Below, one piece after another: positions 59,538-64,000 of a DNA stretch of 64,000 nucleotides. Origin of the DNA: Monocercomonoides exilis PA203 (lineage: Eukaryota > Protista > Preaxostyla); NCBI GenBank assembly GCA_001643675.2, contig LSRY02000014.1, positions 496,001 through 560,000 on the forward strand. Reading direction: 5' to 3'. The translations under genes were made by a program, and so were the position numbers. Position 1 is the first letter of the stretch. Each line of letters starts with the position of its first letter. Under the pieces are notes generated by a model, which saw only the letters and a program-made list of their open reading frames with translations, was not told the DNA's origin and did no database searches.

Positions 59538-60333
59538 ACGTCCGGGGCTCTGAACGAAAAAACTGTTTATTTGAAACGTTAGATATAAATGGTTTCGAGT
59601 ATTTCCTTTTACTGTTGTAATAGCTAGGCGCGATATGAATATTTCTTAATACGTGAAACTGCTCTTTTCTTTCTTGTTTCTTTGATTCTTCAAGAAGTTC
59701 TGCTTGTCTTTTTGTGAGGAGAGTCGAAGAAAATTCGTCCTTCATCTTTGCAGCCTCTGTAAACCCAAATCGCGCTTGTATACGCACATGTCTTGCTTCC
59801 TTTAACGCCTTTCCAAGGAGGAGACAAGCATCTGCAATCATTTTTCGTATTGGATCTTCATCGGAAGTCATTGCATGGGAAGATAGTAACAGTTTCATCA
59901 TTGGGTATAAAAATGTCTCGGCTCTTTCTCCCGCTCTATCCAAGGCATCCTTGTACGGGCTTGTTGTTCTTGAAAATGGAGGTGGAGCGTTCGGTAAAAA
60001 TGGAGATAGATCTTCGCACTTTAAGGTGGAAACTATTTCTGTGATCTCAATCTCTGGAAGAGGCATGTCATATAGGGAAATTTCTGGTGATCTTCCAAAA
60101 ATATCAACGAAGGATTTCTCTAGGTTAATACCCTGGTCAGCAGGCGAGTCGGAGTCAATAGAATCTTCTTTCATTTCAGGTGCAACCTGAGAAGACGATG
60201 GAAGAGAGGGAATAGATGATGGAGAGGGAAAAGTTTCCGAAAAAGAAGGGAAACTACTTGTTGGACCACCTGTCAGCGTTGCTGAGTTAGGTTCGGCCGC
60301 AAGTCCAACTCCTAAGGTGGAATTTAATAACAT
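59458..60333 (-). CDS. DIRS gag-like ORF1
   Basis: ATG-initiated 291-aa ORF starting 7 nt inside the 5' ITR boundary. It has a helical core and a basic C-terminus. The call is positional. Confidence 0.75.
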   Translation of the reverse strand: MLLNSTLGVGLAAEPNSATLTGGPTSSFPSFSETFPSPSSIPSLPSSSQVAPEMKEDSIDSDSPADQGINLEKSFVDIFGRSPEISLYDMPLPEIEITEIVSTLKCEDLSPFLPNAPPPFSRTTSPYKDALDRAGERAETFLYPMMKLLLSSHAMTSDEDPIRKMIADACLLLGKALKEARHVRIQARFGFTEAAKMKDEFSSTLLTKRQAELLEESKKQERKEQFHVLRNIHIAPSYYNSKRKYSKPFISNVSNKQFFRSEPRTFARKRGPNFYNSRSNSRQRSRGQTQN

Positions 60334-60339
60334 TTATTT

Positions 60340-60403
60340 TTTCAGATCAGTGATCGTGACTGACCCTTAAGTGATGCTCTCAAATAAAGAGAAGGAAGTG
60401 AGA
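60340..60403. repeat. DIRS inverted terminal repeat (5' end of element)
   Basis: Reverse complement of 55831-55893. Confidence 0.93.
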
Positions 60404-60439
60404 AAATGTTTTCTTTAAAATCAAAGTGCATATGTGCTT

Positions 60440-63400
60440 TGATTCTCTGCCTTCATCAGCGTTTGAGGATGAGGATGATTTCAGGAAGGAGTGTTTGAGG
60501 TGGAAGGCGCCAGAGCTGCTGGTGAACAAAAACATGGGAGCGACAAAGGAGTCGGTATCGTTCTCGATTGGGATGATGCTGTGGGAATGTCTGACGCTGG
60601 AGATTCCGTTTGGAGAGTATGGAGCAGAGGTGGCGGGGCAGAAGATTGTGAATGGGGAGAAGCCGGATGTGAGGAGGGTGGGCGGGAGCAGCTTGGCGGG
60701 TGTGGTGAAGGGGTGCCTGTCGCAAGACTGGGGGCAGCGGCCGAGTGTGAACGAGCTGAAGCGGGAGTTTATTGTGCGGTTTCCGAAAGGGGCAGCAATC
60801 ATGACGATGACAGACGCGATCTGTGTTCGGGAAGAGTCCATGGCTGGGCTGAACAGAAGCAGAATCAGCGAGTCAGAGGAGTGAGAGGATGTGGATTGGA
60901 AGTTGGCAAGCAGGAGAGCAGAGGAGCAGGAGAGCAATGAAACTGAGACAATGAAGACGATGTGAGGTGTTTTTACCATTTACAACAACATCCTCCAAAA
61001 ATAGAGCATCGAGAGGAATTGGGCAGGAGAAATGAAAAAGGAGGATGATTGAAAGGGAAATGGCTGTTGGGGCAGAAGCCTTTGAGAGGAATGGGCATGG
61101 TGAAAGGAGGAGAGATGAAGTGATGCACCTCTTCAAAAAAAGAGTCAGAAGGAAAAGATGAGCTGGATTTGCTTGAAGGAAGCGAGCCAACTTTGTGGAA
61201 CGGGGTTGTGGAACGGGGCTGAGGAGAGTTTTATTTTTCTGTCAGATTTTCAACACAAATTATTTTATTGTTTTTTCATTTTTCTTTATTTGCTTGTTTT
61301 TCAAAGTTTGTTGTGGAGCAGCATGATTTGCGAGTTGTGCTGCCTGTTTGCGTTATTGAAAAAAAGGAATGCTTTGAGTGTATTTCAGTTCTGTGTGTTC
61401 GATATTTGGAATTATTTGTTCATAGTCATCACATATCTGTATGTATTTTCTGTTGCATCATGAAAACAACATTCGTTTGAGCGTAGCTTTCTTAGAAAGC
61501 ATGGCTAACGATAATTCAATTCATTTTAAATGATTCGTAATGCTTCGACAACGTCTGCTTCACTTATCATGTGTCTAAATTCTTTCGTTTTTAAAGAAAA
61601 AAAATAGGATGAGCATTTTTATATGTGGATATTTTTTTCTCCCCCAAAAAGATAGTGACAAAATAAATGTGAATCAAAAATGAACAAAACAAGCTGGAGT
61701 ATGTATTTATAACTTATTTTGTGTTCGCAATAAAAAATATGTCTTGATTTATTTTGTTTCACAAGAAAGATCTCGAAAATTTACTGTTGTTTGATTTCCT
61801 TCTTATCATTTGATTTGCTGAGTATGTTGATTAGAACGCAGATGCACTGGGATATGATGGTGTTGCAAATTCGATGAGTTTTTTTTTGTTTGCTGGCAGA
61901 CAGATTTTTCATCTTTCTGCTTCATTATGCAGAAAATGTCAATATTGTCAAATCATTTGTTATTTTTTTTTTCTGATTTGTGGATTGAAATATCATGTTG
62001 ATTGATTGTTAATTTTGTGTTTGTTGATTTTGGTTATTCCAGTCTTTTTCATTATCTTGTATTTTTTCTCCATCAATTTTTTATTTCAAACAACATTATT
62101 TCTTTTTATTTGAAATGCAAAATGCATCCACATAAAAAATCTCTTGTGTTTCAATGTTGTTCATTACTAAAAATGGATGATCATTATTGGCACTGTTCAT
62201 TATCTTTCTTAAAATTCATTAACTCTGTGTGGATTTTCAAAGTTCATCTAACAAATAAATAAACGAGCAATTTTTCACATTCGCAAACAATGAAAACATT
62301 TCATTTTGGATTTCAGATTGCGTTCGTTGAATTTTTTTTTCATTTTTTTGAAATCATTCTTTTCGCTAATTAAAATGAATAACAGAATCGAATTAATAAA
62401 GATATAACAATGATTTCGAATAATTCATTTTTCCATTCAATCAACAAATCAGAAAAAAAAAATAACAAATGATTTGACAATATTGACATTTTCTGCATAA
62501 TGAAGCAGAAAGATGAAAAATCTGTCTGCCAGCAAACAAAAAAAAACTCATCGAATTTGCAACACCATCATATCCCAGTGCATCTGCGTTCTAATCAACA
62601 TACTCAGCAAATCAAATGATAAGAAGGAAATCAAACAACAGTAAATTTTCGAGATCTTTCTTGTGAAACAAAATAAATCAAGACATATTTTTTATTGCGA
62701 ACACAAAATAAGTTATAAATACATACTCCAGCTTGTTTTGTTCATTTTTGATTCACATTTATTTTGTCACTATCTTTTTGGGGGAGAAAAAAATATCCAC
62801 ATATAAAAATGCTCATCCTATTTTTTTTCTTTAAAAACGAAAGAATTTAGACACATGATAAGTGAAGCAGACGTTGTCGAAGCATTACGAATCATTTAAA
62901 ATGAATTGAATTATCGTTAGCCATGCTTTCTAAGAAAGCTACGCTCAAACGAATGTTGTTTTCATGATGCAACAGAAAATACATACAGATATGTGATGAC
63001 TATGAACAAATAATTCCAAATATCGAACACACAGAACTGAAATACACTCAAAGCATTCCTTTTTTTTCAATAACGCAAACAGGCAGCACAACTCGCAAAT
63101 CATGCTGCTCCACAACAAACTTTGAAAAACAAGCAAATAAAGAAAAATGAAAAAACAATAAAATAATTTGTGTTGAAAATCTGACAGAAAAATAAAACTC
63201 TCCTCAGCCCCGTTCCACAACCCCGTTCCACAAAGTTGGCTCGCTTCCTTCAAGCAAATCCAGCTCATCTTTTCCTTCTGACTCTTTTTTTGAAGAGGTG
63301 CATCACTTCATCTCTCCTCCTTTCACCATGCCCATTCCTCTCAAAGGCTTCTGCCCCAACAGCCATTTCCCTTTCAATCATCCTCCTTTTTCATTTCTCC

Positions 63401-63986
63401 TGCCCAATTCCTCTCGATGCTCTATTTTTGGAGGATGTTGTTGTAAATGGTAAAAACACCTCACATCGTCTTCATTGTCTCAGTTTCATTGCTCTCCTGC
63501 TCCTCTGCTCTCCTGCTTGCCAACTTCCAATCCACATCCTCTCACTCCTCTGACTCGCTGATTCTGCTTCTGTTCAGCCCAGCCATGGACTCTTCCCGAA
63601 CACAGATCGCGTCTGTCATCGTCATGATTGCTGCCCCTTTCGGAAACCGCACAATAAACTCCCGCTTCAGCTCGTTCACACTCGGCCGCTGCCCCCAGTC
63701 TTGCGACAGGCACCCCTTCACCACACCCGCCAAGCTGCTCCCGCCCACCCTCCTCACATCCGGCTTCTCCCCATTCACAATCTTCTGCCCCGCCACCTCT
63801 GCTCCATACTCTCCAAACGGAATCTCCAGCGTCAGACATTCCCACAGCATCATCCCAATCGAGAACGATACCGACTCCTTTGTCGCTCCCATGTTTTTGT
63901 TCACCAGCAGCTCTGGCGCCTTCCACCTCAAACACTCCTTCCTGAAATCATCCTCATCCTCAAACGCTGATGAAGGCAGAGAATCA
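60440..63986. repeat. Near-identical inverted duplication (arms ~60440-61989 and ~62437-63986, spacer ~450 bp)
   Basis: Mirror ORFs are identical on both sides (60491..60940 vs 63486..63935; 60873..61190 vs 63236..63553). The differences I noticed were homopolymer lengths (A7 vs A8 near 61359/63060) and a mismatch at the inner edge. Confidence 0.93.
60444..60884 (+). pseudogene. Orphaned 3' end of the 43778 receptor gene (kinase subdomains VIII-XI)
   Basis: SLPSSAFEDEDDFRKECLRWKAPELL..SVSFSIGMMLWECLTLEIPF..CLSQDWGQRPS. It continues the reading frame of 55812 if the element is removed. Confidence 0.9.
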
Positions 63987-64000
63987 TCATCATCATCATT
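63542..64000 (-). CDS. 3' end of an uninterrupted paralog of the receptor-like pseudokinase (partial; 5' part lies beyond the window)
   Basis: Reads N-DDDDD-SLPSSAFEDEDDFRKECLRWKAPELL...SESEE* continuously across the position where the DIRS sits in the other copy. Confidence 0.85.
   Translation of the reverse strand, partial: NDDDDDSLPSSAFEDEDDFRKECLRWKAPELLVNKNMGATKESVSFSIGMMLWECLTLEIPFGEYGAEVAGQKIVNGEKPDVRRVGGSSLAGVVKGCLSQDWGQRPSVNELKREFIVRFPKGAAIMTMTDAICVREESMAGLNRSRISESEE

Larger units (their letters stand above)
55809..60444 (-). mobile_element. Full-length DIRS-type tyrosine-recombinase retrotransposon (~4.6 kb)
   Basis: gag-like ORF, RT-RNaseH-MT ORF and overlapping YR ORF are all uninterrupted. 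Non-identical inverted terminal repeats and an internal complementary region are present. The element is bounded by TGATT at 55809-55813 and 60440-60444, and its ends are confirmed by the empty paralogous site at 63961-64000. Confidence 0.95.

Noticed and set aside
59714-60190. 158-aa ORF antisense to gag
   Set aside because: Non-ATG start, no motifs; likely a shadow frame.
55809-60444. TGATT as an integrase-type 5-bp target-site duplication, or the element as an LTR or TIR transposon
   Set aside because: TGATT is already in the element's own junction copy (ICR 56113-56117), and there is no DDE integrase or transposase and no direct LTRs.
60380-63553. Duplicated small ORFs (60380..60979, 61158..61463, 62945..63268, 63236..63553) as conserved genes
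   Set aside because: Their identity reflects the recent inverted duplication, and a homopolymer indel changes the frame between copies.
1-64000. rRNA, tRNA, CRISPR arrays, telomeric repeats
   Set aside because: None recognised by eye; a covariance-model scan would be needed to exclude small RNAs.

Overview
Intron-containing, AT-rich eukaryotic protist DNA using the standard genetic code. The gene style (short GT-AG introns, poly-Ser/poly-Glu inserts, giant Cys-rich surface proteins with a degenerate kinase tail) suggests an oxymonad such as Monocercomonoides; this is inference, not a database result. From left to right: a disrupted surface-protein paralog (1-2908, minus), a PDK1-like kinase with a very long Ser-rich tail, a nucleoplasmin-like/acidic/C2H2 protein with HD-tuin-like architecture set head-to-head with TFIIA alpha/beta, a coiled-coil protein, a small hypothetical gene, IFT122, a glucosidase II beta (PRKCSH-like) gene with an E/K/R tail, a ~4,190-aa CH-domain protein, a ~390-bp degenerate hairpin in an intergenic region, and a ~4,100-aa single-pass receptor-like pseudokinase. 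The highlight is a structurally complete ~4.6-kb DIRS-type tyrosine-recombinase retrotransposon (gag, RT-RNaseH-MT, YR, inverted terminal repeats, internal complementary region) inserted into that pseudokinase domain. A near-identical inverted copy of the gene's 3' end at the right edge of the window supplies the empty site. It shows integration at a TGATT core that the element's own circle junction also carries. The recombinase has non-canonical catalytic residues (YSLKH instead of HxxR), and all three reading frames overlap at the gag/pol/YR junction. No rRNA, tRNA or CRISPR array was recognised.
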